DNA from: Eledone cirrhosa
Lineage: Eukaryota
NCBI GenBank assembly: GCA_964016885.1
Contig: OZ024763.1
Coordinates: 27,528,001-27,592,000, forward strand
Direction: 5' to 3'
DNA: 64,000 nucleotides
Shown: positions 30,216 to 43,400 of the stretch, piece by piece
Position numbering within the stretch: the first letter of the stretch is position 1
How the letters are laid out: every line of letters starts with the position of its first letter
Notes under the pieces: model-generated
Told to the model about the DNA's origin: nothing
Databases searched by the model: none
Seen by the model: the letters and a program-made list of their open reading frames with translations, nothing else
Translations under genes and position numbers: made by a program

Positions 30216-30270
30216 ACTGCTATATATATTTCAGTGACAGCCATCTTTGGCTGTGACCTCTTCAGGCAGT
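30216..30270 (-). ncRNA. Minimal type I hammerhead ribozyme
   Basis: Reverse complement of 30515-30569. Confidence 0.8.
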
Positions 30271-30514
30271 TTGAATTAGTATGGGATAGACAAGTACATA
30301 TGTTGTTTAGGTGTATGATATTGTCAATACTCTGATATGCCCAGTTCCTTGTTGGGTTGTTAATTCACTGGGGAACTGGAGTCATATAACTTCAGTCATA
30401 TGACTCCAGTTCCCCAGTGAATTAACAACCCAACAAGGAACTGGGCATATCAGAGTATTGACAATATCATACACCTAAACAACATATGTACTTGTCTATA
30501 CCATACTAATTCAA

Positions 30515-30569
30515 ACTGCCTGAAGAGGTCACAGCCAAAGATGGCTGTCACTGAAATATATATAGCAGT
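30515..30569 (+). ncRNA. Minimal type I hammerhead ribozyme
   Basis: actgc-CTGAAGA-ggtcacagcca(aaga)tggctgtcact-GAAAT(atat)ATA-gcagt. Stem I is 5 bp, stem II 10 of 11 bp, stem III 2 bp with a palindromic ATAT loop; predicted cleavage after 30564. Confidence 0.8.
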
Positions 30570-30613
30570 AATATACGAAGCTAAATTTTAATCATTTGAC
30601 TTTTATTTAACTT

Positions 30614-30689
<76 letters not shown>

Positions 30690-30704
30690 GTATGTATGTA
30701 TGTA

Positions 30705-31162
30705 TGTCAAAGGGCAAAGGAGCTCTTAAGAGTCAATGGCGATCCGAAATCACCGGGAGAGATGACGCCTTAGCCTTTGTCAAGGCAGAATTCTAGGAGA
30801 GGGAAAACTCTGATATAACACCTGCAACTCTGATGGCATCCAATGATGCTGACTTGTTCTTCTTTTTGGTAAATATCATCTTGGTTAAGAGAGTGGGACT
30901 GGCTTTGTGCAGTGCCTTTGCTCACTATAAAAGCTTCACGGCACAGGCATTGCTTTATCTCTGGAGATCTCTCTGCACTTGTCGTCACATGGTACCATGG
31001 GCCCAGCACTGTGTCAATAATTGTCACACGTGTAGTGTTTGTACCAGAGTTTTCAAGTCGCTGGCTGGACTAAAAAGTCACACTTGTTCAGCGCATCGGT
31101 AGGGGTTCTCCTACATGGATATAAAGTAGTGGCCGTACTCGAAAACGAGTTGGCAGCCACCA
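30705..31162 (+). mobile_element. Second copy of the bipartite RTE-derived element, with an (ATGT)n tail
   Basis: Aligns end to end with 14316-14773; (ATGT)n on both sides. Confidence 0.8.
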
Positions 31163-31218
31163 TGTATGTATGTATGTATGTATGTATGTATGTATGTATG
31201 TATGTATGTTTACATATA

Positions 31219-31255
<37 letters not shown>

Positions 31256-31283
31256 ATATATATACACACACATAGATAGATTG

Positions 31284-31346
<63 letters not shown>

Positions 31347-31401
31347 GATAGATAGATAGGTAGGTAAATAGACAGCCAGATCGATATATATATATGCAGC
31401 T

Positions 31402-31468
<67 letters not shown>

Positions 31469-31595
31469 TAGATAGATATATAGAATTGAAAGATAGTCAT
31501 ATAGATAGATAAAGAGACAGACATACACACAGACAGAAAGTCTCACAGCTAGATAGTTTGGTAGATAGTCGTTAGTTAGGCAGATAGTTAAATTG

Positions 31596-31626
<31 letters not shown>

Positions 31627-31976
31627 TAAATAGATTGATGAGAAACAGTTCGAACAATAAATAGACAGACAGATAGGAAGATTGATAGTTAAACTGATAG
31701 ATAAATATAGAGATAGATTGTGAGAGAAGCAGAGGAATGGATAAATAATACAAACGAAAATATTTCTGTGTATCTAACACAGAAAAATCCGCGTAAGTTG
31801 TTGATCCTTTCATATATAAATATTTAGTTATTTTCACTCAAACTCGTGTATTCGTGTATAATACATATATATATTTTAGGAACGATCGACTTTCGTCAAA
31901 TCGGACCGACGAAACAATGTTTCCGTTGGTCTTTCCAATTGCTAATACTATCTATCGGTCGCAACTCCAGGTAGAA

Positions 31977-32097
31977 GGAGCAACGTGAAATAAAGTGTCT
32001 TGCTCAAGGACATAACGCATCGCCTGGTCCAGGAATCGAACTCACAACCTTACGATTGCGAATCCAATTCTCTAACCACTCAGCCACACGCCTTCAC
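31977..32097 (-). mobile_element. tRNA-derived SINE 5' part
   Basis: Minus strand gtgaaggcgtgtggctgagtggttag...gagttcgattcctgg...ccttgagcaagacac. Confidence 0.8.
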
Positions 32098-32365
32098 ATC
32101 ATATCTATATATATATAAATGAAATGACAGGAGACTGGACTGGTGTAAATCCTTGAAAGGTTTATTATACTATGATCATTTGAATGACCGGGTTCCATAT
32201 GAATCCGGTGACATCATTAGGTATCGCAATATAACAAAGGAATATGTAAAAAGCCATGGGTCCGAAAAACCATGGGTCCGAGAAACCAGAGACAGAGAGG
32301 GCGGCTGACCAACTAGCTTCACAGCCAGCCACCCTCAAAGTATATATATATATATATATATATAT

Positions 32366-32660
32366 ATGGTGGATGGGTGCTCCACGAGAATGCTGAGGAT
32401 GGCTCTGAACATTAATCAGTATACACTGAGGATGAAGAACTCAGAGCTGTACGGGAGCCTCCCAGAAGTCAGCTCGAAAGTAGCACAGAGGAGACTGGAG
32501 TTAGTTGGACTTGCTCACCGACATCCAGAGTTGACACTGCACTCTGTGCTCCTGTGGGAGGGAGCCCCTGCCCTAAGGACAGAACACTGGTCTTTTGGAG
32601 ACGCAGGACATGGCAGCGATAATGAGGGACAGAGACCGCTGGAGAGAACTCGTCCATGGA
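32366..32660 (+). pseudogene. RTE-type LINE ORF2 C-terminal fragment in (TA)n
   Basis: VDGCSTRMLRMALN...NSELYGSLP...RRLELVG..HRHPE...LLWE, then in a shifted frame MAAIMRDRDRWRELV. Confidence 0.75.
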
Positions 32661-32678
32661 TCCCTAAAATTTTACCCG

Positions 32679-32736
<58 letters not shown>

Positions 32737-32738
<2 letters not shown>

Positions 32739-32842
32739 CCGTCGGGGTCCTACTCGTTCCTATTACCCACTCTACTACCCTAAGTATTGAGTACTTTGGT
32801 GCGTTATGGTCCACCTGGTTCCTTACCACATTTCCTTCGTTA
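32737..32842 (+). mobile_element. PLE-type 3' end, same family as 50557, without the inverted arm
   Basis: Reverse complement of about 50556-50661; (TA)n on both sides. Confidence 0.8.
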
Positions 32843-33164
32843 TATATATATATATATAGATATATATATATACAATGATATTAAATAAATGGAAACTATA
32901 TTTATAAAACCATATTTATTTTATTATATATATTTCAAGGGGAACAAGACAACATTGGTACGCTTTCATCAGATAAAATACAAAGTTTGTTTTATAAATG
33001 GAGATGTACCCCTGAAAATCATACCTTATCGGCTGGAAATTCACTGGTGTGAAAAGTTAATACGCTTTCATCCCGAGTAAACACAAATATATTACTCTTT
33101 TACTCTTTTACCTGCTCCGGCCATCCGGCTGAGGCCATAATGGGGCACCGCCCTTGTTGCAGTT

Positions 33165-33340
33165 CTGCATCTAGCCCGCGTTGGCTAGCCATTCATGAAG
33201 GAAGGAGTTCGTTGCTTTTGCCCTTAGGTTACATTTGTTCCGTTCTGAGGGCTCATTTGGGATTCTGGATAGCAGACGGTTAACATGTTTCTTGAAATCT
33301 TGAACATTCACGTCCACACCATGCAGATCTCTCAAATGTC
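33165..33340 (-). pseudogene. CR1/L2-like LINE C-terminal fragment
   Basis: [29 protein letters not shown]...RAKATNSFL fits the FK..LD..L..IPD.P...SNSL pattern. Confidence 0.55.
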
Positions 33341-33347
33341 TATACAC

Positions 33348-33584
<237 letters not shown>

Positions 33585-34026
33585 GTGTAATGAATTCTTT
33601 TACAATGGAATTAGCTCAAAGAAAGAAATATTTCTGAGCCGTGTATAAACTTATATATATGATGAAACACAAATACCAATATATCTGTATTTATATTGCA
33701 AAAGAAAATTTAGCCAGAATGAAGTATACTAATTATAATATTACAGTTTGTCCATATCGATTTAAAATAATAAATCAACAAAGACGAACTGTATTGCCAA
33801 ATGGCCATGATGTTTAGACAAATTTAAATTTCAAAATCAAACCTGTTCCGTAGATAAGTTTAAACTTTAAAATCCAAATATGTTTCGAGATGAAAAGTGT
33901 AAGGAATATCATGTCCTGCTCTCTTCAGTAAACATCCAGGGACAAATTGATATGCTTCACTTCTAAATAATTTCTTTTGCAATATAAATACAGATATGTT
34001 GGTATTTGTGTTTCATCATATATATA

Positions 34027-34087
<61 letters not shown>

Positions 34088-34152
34088 GTATGTATGTATG
34101 TATGTATGTATGTATGTATGTATGTATGTATGTATGTATGTATGTATGTATG

Positions 34153-34260
<108 letters not shown>

Positions 34261-34286
34261 TATATATATATGTATGTATGTATTTT

Positions 34287-34455
34287 CGGGTTATGGCTAC
34301 TGTCTCTCAGAGAGTGGGATTGGCTCAGTGCACAGTCTTTCCTCACTTTAAAAAATATCTTCACGCACAGGCATTGCGCGATAGAATTAATTAATACTTA
34401 TTAATAATAGTATATCGTGCAATGGCCATACTCGATAACGAGGGGGTAGCCATCA
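34287..34455 (+). mobile_element. Short diverged relative of the bipartite RTE-derived element
   Basis: Shares gagagtggga.tggct..gtgca, cttcacg.cacaggcattgc and the terminal ggcc.tactcga.aacgag...agcca.catgta. Confidence 0.6.
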
Positions 34456-34501
34456 TGTACATATGTATGTATACATATATATACATGTATATATATGTGT
34501 G

Positions 34502-34615
<114 letters not shown>

Positions 34616-34696
34616 TATATCTATAGCTCTCTCTCTATATATATATATATATACACTCATACATACATGTGTACATATATACATACATAATTCATA

Positions 34697-34748
<52 letters not shown>

Positions 34749-35126
34749 GTAAATCAAACAAGATTTGTTTACGAAGTGGGAAAAAATGGTAACAAATTTC
34801 AATAGTAAAAAAAAAAAACACGTAAATAAGAAAAAAAATTAATAAAACAAAGTTATATTCAATATCGAGATGAAACCAAACCTACATATACACATACACA
34901 TACATGCTCTCATACATACACATACATGCTCTCTTACATACACATACATGCTTTCATACATACACATACATGCTTTCATACATACACATACATGCTCTCA
35001 CACATACATATACATACAACACAGACACATATACACACACACAAAATTTCACACAAACTAACACACACACTCTCATACACACACACAGACACACACATAC
35101 ACACACAAACACACATACATACACAC

Positions 35127-35234
<108 letters not shown>

Positions 35235-35928
35235 ATACAAACACATTACATACCAACACACAAGCACACATATATACACACATACATACGCACAAACTAA
35301 CACATACTCACACTCAAACACAGATACATACACACCTACATATACTCACACAAAATGGCGCAAAACCAAACGAAAAACAAATTTGACATAAAAAAAAGCC
35401 AACATACCAATATACGCGATATTCACACACAAGAAATAAAATTTGATAAATTTGGTGTAGAAAATAGCAACAGTATTTTACCCATTTTATTTATTTTCTT
35501 CTTTCCAAAATCAAATACATTGTTATTTAGTTATTTTATTACGATAAAATAAAGAATTTTCTTCGCCGCCATCTCTGCTATTTTAACCGCCATCTTGTTC
35601 GCCCGCTATCACCTCCTCCGCATCGCCTTCGGCCAGTTAGAAAACAAAATAGAAACCGCCTGCCACTCAAAATCACAAACCTCCCCCGTTGTTCTTTACT
35701 CGTTACTCCACTACGCCAACAGTTTTAACAACGCATCGCATCCATTGTTCTATATGTATATGCACCTATATGTGTATACATACATACATACATACATACA
35801 TATATGTATATTTATGTGTGTGTGTATATTTTTGTTCGTATAAGAAGTTATATATATATATATATACATATATATGTGTATGTATATAATCGTTCATATG
35901 GGAATATATATACTTTATATAAATACTA

Positions 35929-36009
<81 letters not shown>

Positions 36010-36127
36010 GAAGACAGTGAAATTGTTGTTCCTTATTGTTGCCTTTTTGTTGCTTTTGTCGTTGGCAGGTCCTGTGCCGTCTGTAATGTTTTTCTTGATG
36101 TCAGCCCTTGTGGCCAATAAAGAAATC
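36010..36127 (+). mobile_element. Tx1/L1-like 3'UTR end with an (ATT)n tail
   Basis: Ends gcccttgtggccaataaagaaatc, matching the termini at 56951 and 61134. Confidence 0.6.
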
Positions 36128-36150
36128 ATTATTATTACTATTATCATTAC

Positions 36151-36187
<37 letters not shown>

Positions 36188-36786
36188 ATTTTTCTTCTTC
36201 AGAATGTAGTCAATTTGTATATAAAAGTGATTAATCAAAACGAGTTTGACTGTGTTGTAATAAATGTCGGGATTTGATTTTTGAAAGAAAAAAAAAAAAT
36301 AAAGAAAAATATATAACATATATAAAAAAAACTATGAAGTATTATAAGAAAACAATACCTCGTCAACAATGGCGGACGGTTTGGTCGGCCATTTTGGTTC
36401 ATGCTTGTTCCTACATAGATTTTGTATTTTGTATGCATAATTATATATGTATGTAATGTGTGTGTGTATGCATTTGCATGTGTGTGTGTGTGTGTGTGTG
36501 TTTGTGTGTGTATGTGTTTGTGTGTATGTATGTGTGTGTTTGTATGTGTTTGTGTGTGTATATATGTGTGTGTTTCTGTGTGTGTTTTGTATGCATAATT
36601 AGATACGTATATATTGTATATGTATGTGTATGTAAGTGTTTATATGTGTGTTTGTGTGCGGATGTAGGTGTATGTGTCAGTATGTAGGCATGTGTGTGTT
36701 TATGTTTGTGTGTATGTGTGCGTTGTAAACAATGTATATTGACACTGTTTTTATACGTATGTATAAAAATGTCTACACATACTCGC

Positions 36787-36891
<105 letters not shown>

Positions 36892-36905
36892 GTATACATA
36901 TATAT

Positions 36906-36943
<38 letters not shown>

Positions 36944-36957
36944 CATATATACATATA

Positions 36958-36997
<40 letters not shown>

Positions 36998-37022
36998 TAT
37001 GTATATTTACATATATATGTAT

Positions 37023-37124
<102 letters not shown>

Positions 37125-37524
37125 TCATGTCTATATATAAAATCACACACACACATACACACACACACACAGACGAGCGCGCGTGCGTGTGTATAAATAC
37201 ATGTATCCATGTCTGTGTGATTATGTGTTTTTCGTGTGTCTGTAGTCACAAGATATATTTTGAAGAATATCAAGACAATGTATTTGCTGATTTAATGCCT
37301 TTTTCTTTTTCTTTTATATTTTTTTTTACTATTTTATCTTTCATGTGGGTATATTTAAATATTGGTGGATATGGCATTGTTTTAGAAATTTGTCTTAGAA
37401 TTGTCTCAGCCAATTTTATTACGCAGTGTTTCTCCAACGTTTTCGTACCTGGAATCCATTTTAGTTCAGAAACCTTAGGGGGAACACCAAAGTCTGATAT
37501 AGTTATATGGTGGTAATATAAATA

Positions 37525-37712
37525 TCATCATCATTCTCATCATACGGCGGCTTCAGCCGAAATCGACTCAACAATTGGTCTCCACCAGGGTCTGTCGTTC
37601 ATTGCCGTTGCCAAATGCCAAATCCTGGTTTTCAATACACCAGAATCTCTGCAGATGACATCGAGATAGGAAGGAGTGCTTGCGCCCTCCCTGTTATTAG
37701 TGGAGTGACTGC
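37525..37712 (-). mobile_element. RTE-type LINE 3' end with a (GAT)n tail
   Basis: Minus strand SYLDVICRDSGV...LATAMNDRPWWRPIV. Confidence 0.6.
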
Positions 37713-37716
37713 TATT

Positions 37717-37802
<86 letters not shown>

Positions 37803-37824
37803 ATAATAATAATAATAATAATAA

Positions 37825-38748
37825 GGAGCCAATGCTCAGAACTGTACTGAAGGAGAGGACAATAGACCAGGGGATGTCCAGGGAGGAAATAACAACAAGG
37901 AGAAGGAGCAGCCTTCAGGAAAAATCCCTTCATAGTACCTTCTTTGAGAAAACTGAATTCAGAGATCCACAGACATGGAACTGGTTGAAAAGAGGACACA
38001 TTAAAAAGGCTACAGAAGGAATGTTAATGGCTGCGCAAGAGCAGGCCCTCAAAACGAAGTGGTTGAAACACCATATTTACAAGTTGGAGGCTAGCCCACT
38101 GTGCAGGATCTGTGGATAGAGAGAGGAGACTGTGGCTCACATTGTATCCGAGTGTAAACACCTAGCCCAGACTCACTATAAGGGCTGGAGACATGATGTG
38201 ATGGGCAGGGTGATCCACTGGCACCTATGCAAAGTAAACAATTTACCACATTCTGAGAGGTGGTATGAGCATAAGCCAGAGTCGGTGATAGAAAATGATC
38301 AAGTGAAGGTGCTGTGGGATTTTAGGATACAGACGGACAAGAAACTGGAACACAATAGACCTGACCTGGTGGTTTTGGACAAAGAAAAAAGATCGTGCCT
38401 GATTGTGGATGTGGCCTGCCCATTTGACACGAGAGTGCAAGAGAATGAGAGGGAGAAAATTAACCGATACCAGGACTTAAAGTGGGAGGTAAAAAGGATT
38501 TGGAACTGCCATGAAGTCAAAGTGGTCCCGATTGTCATAGGTGCACTAGGTACTATCTCAAAAAGTTTCCAGGGATGGTTAAAGAAAATTGGCCCAGCCA
38601 CGCTTTTTGGAACGATTCAAAAGGCATGCTTGCTGGGAACAGCAAGAACCCTCCGATACGTCCTGAATATCTGAGGCTGCTGGTAGTGGCTTGATATTCA
38701 TTTCCACAAACTTTCCAGTTAACTAACATCAATGACTGAGACTCAAAG
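37825..38748 (+). mobile_element. 5'-truncated R4/Dong-type non-LTR retrotransposon (CCHC finger plus restriction-like endonuclease) in (TAA)n
   Basis: TEGMLMAAQEQAL, CRICG*REETVAHIVSEC, RHD, LWDF.IQTD, RPDLVV.DK, DVACP.D, EK..RYQDL, VVPIVIGALG, QKACLLGT. One internal stop at 38117-38119 and the natural stop at 38674; (TAA)n on both sides. Confidence 0.9.
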
Positions 38749-38755
38749 AATAATA

Positions 38756-38829
<74 letters not shown>

Positions 38830-38830
<1 letters not shown>

Positions 38831-39188
38831 TTTTCTTTATTAACCACAAGGGTTTACATAAAGTAGACATTAAGGACAGTACAGGACAATACAGGACGGT
38901 ACAAATGGGCATTTCTGCGTGTAAAAAAAACAGAGGATGTAATAAAATAACAAAGAAAAATTCCCCAATAGAGGGGAGACTTCCGAGGGACATTTGTGGA
39001 GAAAGCCCATTAAAAGACCACAGTGACCCTAACCACCAGGGCAAGTGCCCTCTCCCAGTTTTCCACCTTTAATTTACAGACACATACACATTCACTCGGG
39101 CCATACTTGCTTCTCTCACCCATCTTTCAACAAATTGCTGGGAAGAGAGCACTTCCCTCTCTACCCTAATTTTTCTTTTCAAATGAAA
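38830..39188 (-). mobile_element. Tx1/L1-like LINE 3' end (second subfamily) in (ATT)n
   Basis: Minus strand FHLKRKIRVEREVLSSQQFVERWVREASMARV is homologous to 56445-56540; it ends cccttgtggttaataaagaaa. Confidence 0.8.
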
Positions 39189-39256
39189 TAATAATAATAA
39201 TAAGAAGAAGAAGAATAATAATACTACCTTGCTGGCACCTACACTACACTACTACT

Positions 39257-39297
<41 letters not shown>

Positions 39298-39317
39298 ATA
39301 CTACTACTACTACTACA

Positions 39318-39380
<63 letters not shown>

Positions 39381-39407
39381 AATACTACCACCACCAACAC
39401 CAACACC

Positions 39408-39501
<94 letters not shown>

Positions 39502-39958
39502 TTATGGCACCCACACTCGCCTACTTCGACGCATTCAGAACATAAGCTGGTGACATCTGACTTTGAAAGAAATATATGCCGACCTCCCACTCATATCTGT
39601 CGTTGTAATATAAATATACTCCTCTACCTTTTTTCACGAAACCTCAGGCACTCGTTTGTGGAACCCTTCTGTTCCGCGGGACCCACTTTGGGAACAAGAA
39701 CTCAAAGGCATAGTGCTGGGGAAGTCTTGTATGTTTCAAGTTTGTTTTTAATGTGGGTATATATTAACATTGCTGGACACAGCATTGTCCAAGAGAATTG
39801 TTTAACTCTTTAGCATGTAAACTTGTCATATCAGGCTAGAACTTTCTCATCAAACCGGCTGTAACTGGCCGCTCATACCTATATTAAGGTATTGTCGTCA
39901 AAATAAATAACAAAAAAATCTCGTAGATTCGATATTATGTGAGATAATTTTGTAAGAT

Positions 39959-40475
39959 AAAGCCTTTACTGTGAAAATACAATAGTAAATATAGAGTAAT
40001 GTAAATGTTATGTGAGGTATTATGTGAGGTAAAGCCTTTACTGTGAAAATACAATAGTAAAAATAGAGTAATGTAAATGTTATGTGAGATATTATGTGAG
40101 ATAAAGCCTTTACTGTGAAAATACAATAGTAAATATAGAGAAATGTAAATGTTATATGAGATATTATGTGAGGTAAAGCCTTTACTGTGAAAATACAATA
40201 GTAAATATAGAGAAATGTAAATGTTATATGAGATATTATGTGAGGTAAAGCCTTTACTGTGAAAATACAATAGTAAATATAGAGAAATGTAAATGTTATA
40301 TGAGATATTATGTGAGGTAAAGCCTTTACTGTGAAAATACAATAGTAAATATAGAGAAATGTAAGTGTTATATGAGATATTATGTGAGGTAAAGCCTTTA
40401 CTGTGAAAATACAATAGTAAATATAGAGAAATGTAAATGTTATATGAGATATTATGTGAGGTAAAGCCTTTACTG
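39959..40475. repeat. 72 bp minisatellite, about 7 copies
   Basis: aaagcctttactg every 72 bp from 39959 to 40463. Confidence 0.95.
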
Positions 40476-43400
40476 GATGTCTTATAGAATCGTCTCAGAC
40501 AATTCTAGAAGGAAAAGTGCTAGGAAAGTCTTATTTTTGACAAGTTTGTTTCCTCTGGGTATATATTAGCATTGGTGGACATAAGATGTCTTAGAGAATC
40601 GTCTCAGACAATTTTAGAAGGAAAAGTGCGAGGGAAGTCTTATTTTTGACAAGTTTGTTTCCTCTGGGTATATATCAGCATTGGTGGACATAAGATGTCT
40701 TAGAGAATCGTCTCAGACAATTCTAGAAGGAAAAGTGCTAGGGAAGTCTTATTTTTGACAAGTTTGTTTCCTCTGGGTATATATTAGCATTGGTGGACAT
40801 AAGATGTCTTAGAGAATCGTCTCAGACAATTCTAGAAGGAAAAGTGCTAGGGAAGTCTTATTTTTGACAAGTTTGTTTCCTCTGGGTATATATTAGCATT
40901 GGTGGACATAAGATGTCTTAGAGAATCGTCTCAGACAATTCTAGAAGGAAAAGTACTAGGGAAGTCTTATTTTTGACAAGTTTGTTTCCTCTGGGTATAT
41001 ATTAGCATTGGTGGACATAAGATGTCTTAGAGAATCGTCTCAGACAATTCTAGAAGGAAAAGTGCTAGGGAAGTCTTATTTTTGACAAGTTTGTTTCCTC
41101 TGGGTATATATTAGCATTGGTGGACATAAGATGTCTTAGAGAATCGTCTCAGACAATTCTAGAAGGAAAAGTACTAGGGAAGTCTTATTTTTGACAAGTT
41201 TGTTTCCTCTGGGTATATATTAGCATTGGTGGACATAAGATGTCTTAGAGAATCGTCTCAGACAATTCTAGAAGGAAAAGTGCTAGGGAAGTCTTATTTT
41301 TGACAAGTTTGTTTCCTCTGGGTATATATTAGCATTGGTGGACATAAGATGTCTTAGAGAATCGTCTCAGACAATTCTAGAAGGAAAAGTACTAGGGAAG
41401 TCTTATTTTTGACAAGTTTGTTTCCTCTGGGTATATATTAGCATTGGTGGACATAAGATGTCTTAGAGAATCGTCTCAGACAATTCTAGAAGGAAAAGTG
41501 CTAGGGAAGTCTTATTTTTGACAAGTTTGTTTCCTCTGGGTATATATTAGCATTGGTGGACATAAGATGTCTTAGAGAATCGTCTCAGACAATTCTAGAA
41601 GGAAAAGTGCTAGGGAAGTCTTATTTTTGACAAGTTTGTTTCCTCTGGGTATATATTAGCATTGGTGGACATAAGATGTCTTAGAGAATCGTCTCAGACA
41701 ATTTTAGAAGGAAAAGTGCGAGGGAAGTCTTATTTTTGACAAGTTTGTTTCCTCTGGGTATATATTAGCATTGGTGGACATAAGATGTCTTAGAGAATCG
41801 TCTCAGACAATTCTAGAAGGAAAAGTGCTAGGGAAGTCTTATTTTTGACAAGTTTGTTTCCTCTGGGTATATATTAGCATTGGTGGACATAAGATGTCTT
41901 AGAGAATCGTCTCAGACAATTTTAGAAGGAAAAGTGCGAGGGAAGTCTTATTTTTGACAAGTTTGTTTCCTCTGGGTATATATTAGCATTGGTGGACATA
42001 AGATGTCTTAGAGAATCGTCTCAGACAATTCTAGAAGGAAAAGTGCTAGGGAAGTCTTATTTTTGACAAGTTTGTTTCCTCTGGGTATATATTAGCATTG
42101 GTGGACATAAGATGTCTTAGAGAATCGTCTCAGACAATTCTAGAAGGAAAAGTGCTAGGGAAGTCTTATTTTTGACAAGTTTGTTTCCTCTGGGTATATA
42201 TTAGCATTGGTGGACATAAGATGTCTTAGAGAATCGTCTCAGACAATTCTAGAAGGAAAAGTGCTAGGGAAGTCTTATTTTTGACAAGTTTGTTTCCTCT
42301 GGGTATATATTAGCATTGGTGGACATAAGATGTCTTAGAGAATCGTCTCAGACAATTCTAGAAGGAAAAGTGCTAGGGAAGTCTTATTTTTGACAAGTTT
42401 GTTTCCTCTGGGTATATATTAGCATTGGTGGACATAAGATGTCTTAGAGAATCGTCTCAGACAATTTTAGAAGGAAAAGTGCGAGGGAAGTCTTATTTTT
42501 GACAAGTTTGTTTCCTCTGGGTATATATTAGCATTGGTGGACATAAGATGTCTTAGAGAATCGTCTCAGACAATTCTAGAAGGAAAAGTGCTAGGGAAGT
42601 CTTATTTTTGACAAGTTTGTTTCCTCTGGGTATATATTAGCATTGGTGGACATAAGATGTCTTAGAGAATCGTCTCAGACAATTCTAGAAGGAAAAGTGC
42701 TAGGGAAGTCTTATTTTTGACAAGTTTGTTTCCTCTGGGTATATATTAGCATTGGTGGACATAAGATGTCTTAGAGAATCGTCTCAGACAATTCTAGAAG
42801 GAAAAGTGCTAGGGAAGTCTTATTTTTGACAAGTTTGTTTCCTCTGGGTATATATTAGCATTGGTGGACATAAGATGTCTTAGAGAATCGTCTCAGACAA
42901 TTCTAGAAGGAAAAGTGCTAGGGAAGTCTTATTTTTGACAAGTTTGTTTCCTCTGGGTATATATTAGCATTGGTGGACATAAGATGTCTTAGAGAATCGT
43001 CTCAGACAATTTTAGAAGGAAAAGTGCTAGGGAAGTCTTATTTTTGACAAGTTTGTTTCCTCTGGGTATATATTAGCATTGGTGGACATAAGATGTCTTA
43101 GAGAATCGTCTCAGACAATTCTAGAAGGAAAAGTGCCAGGGAAGTCTTATTTTTGACAAGTTTGTTTCCTCTGGGTATATATTAGCATTGGTGGACATAA
43201 GATGTCTTAGAGAATCGTCTCAGACAATTCTAGAAGGAAAAGTGCTAGGGAAGTCTTATTTTTGACAAGTTTGTTTCCTCTGGGTATATATTAGCATTGG
43301 TGGACATAAGATGTCTTAGAGAATCGTCTCAGACAATTCTAGAAGGAAAAGTGCTAGGGAAGTCTTATTTTTGACAAGTTTGTTTCCTCTGGGTATATAT

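Noticed and set aside
32185-32222. Hammerhead on the minus strand (ctaatga...ggaacccggtc)
   Set aside because: Both core halves are mutated and the stems are unconvincing; at most a decayed relic.
36017-36277. Signal-peptide-like ORF MKLLFLIVAFLLLLSLAG
   Set aside because: GTG start, lying in a T-rich LINE 3'UTR and running into (ATT)n.
39802-39950. piggyBac-like MITE left end (ttaactctttagcat)
   Set aside because: No matching right TIR was found, and the resemblance is from memory only.
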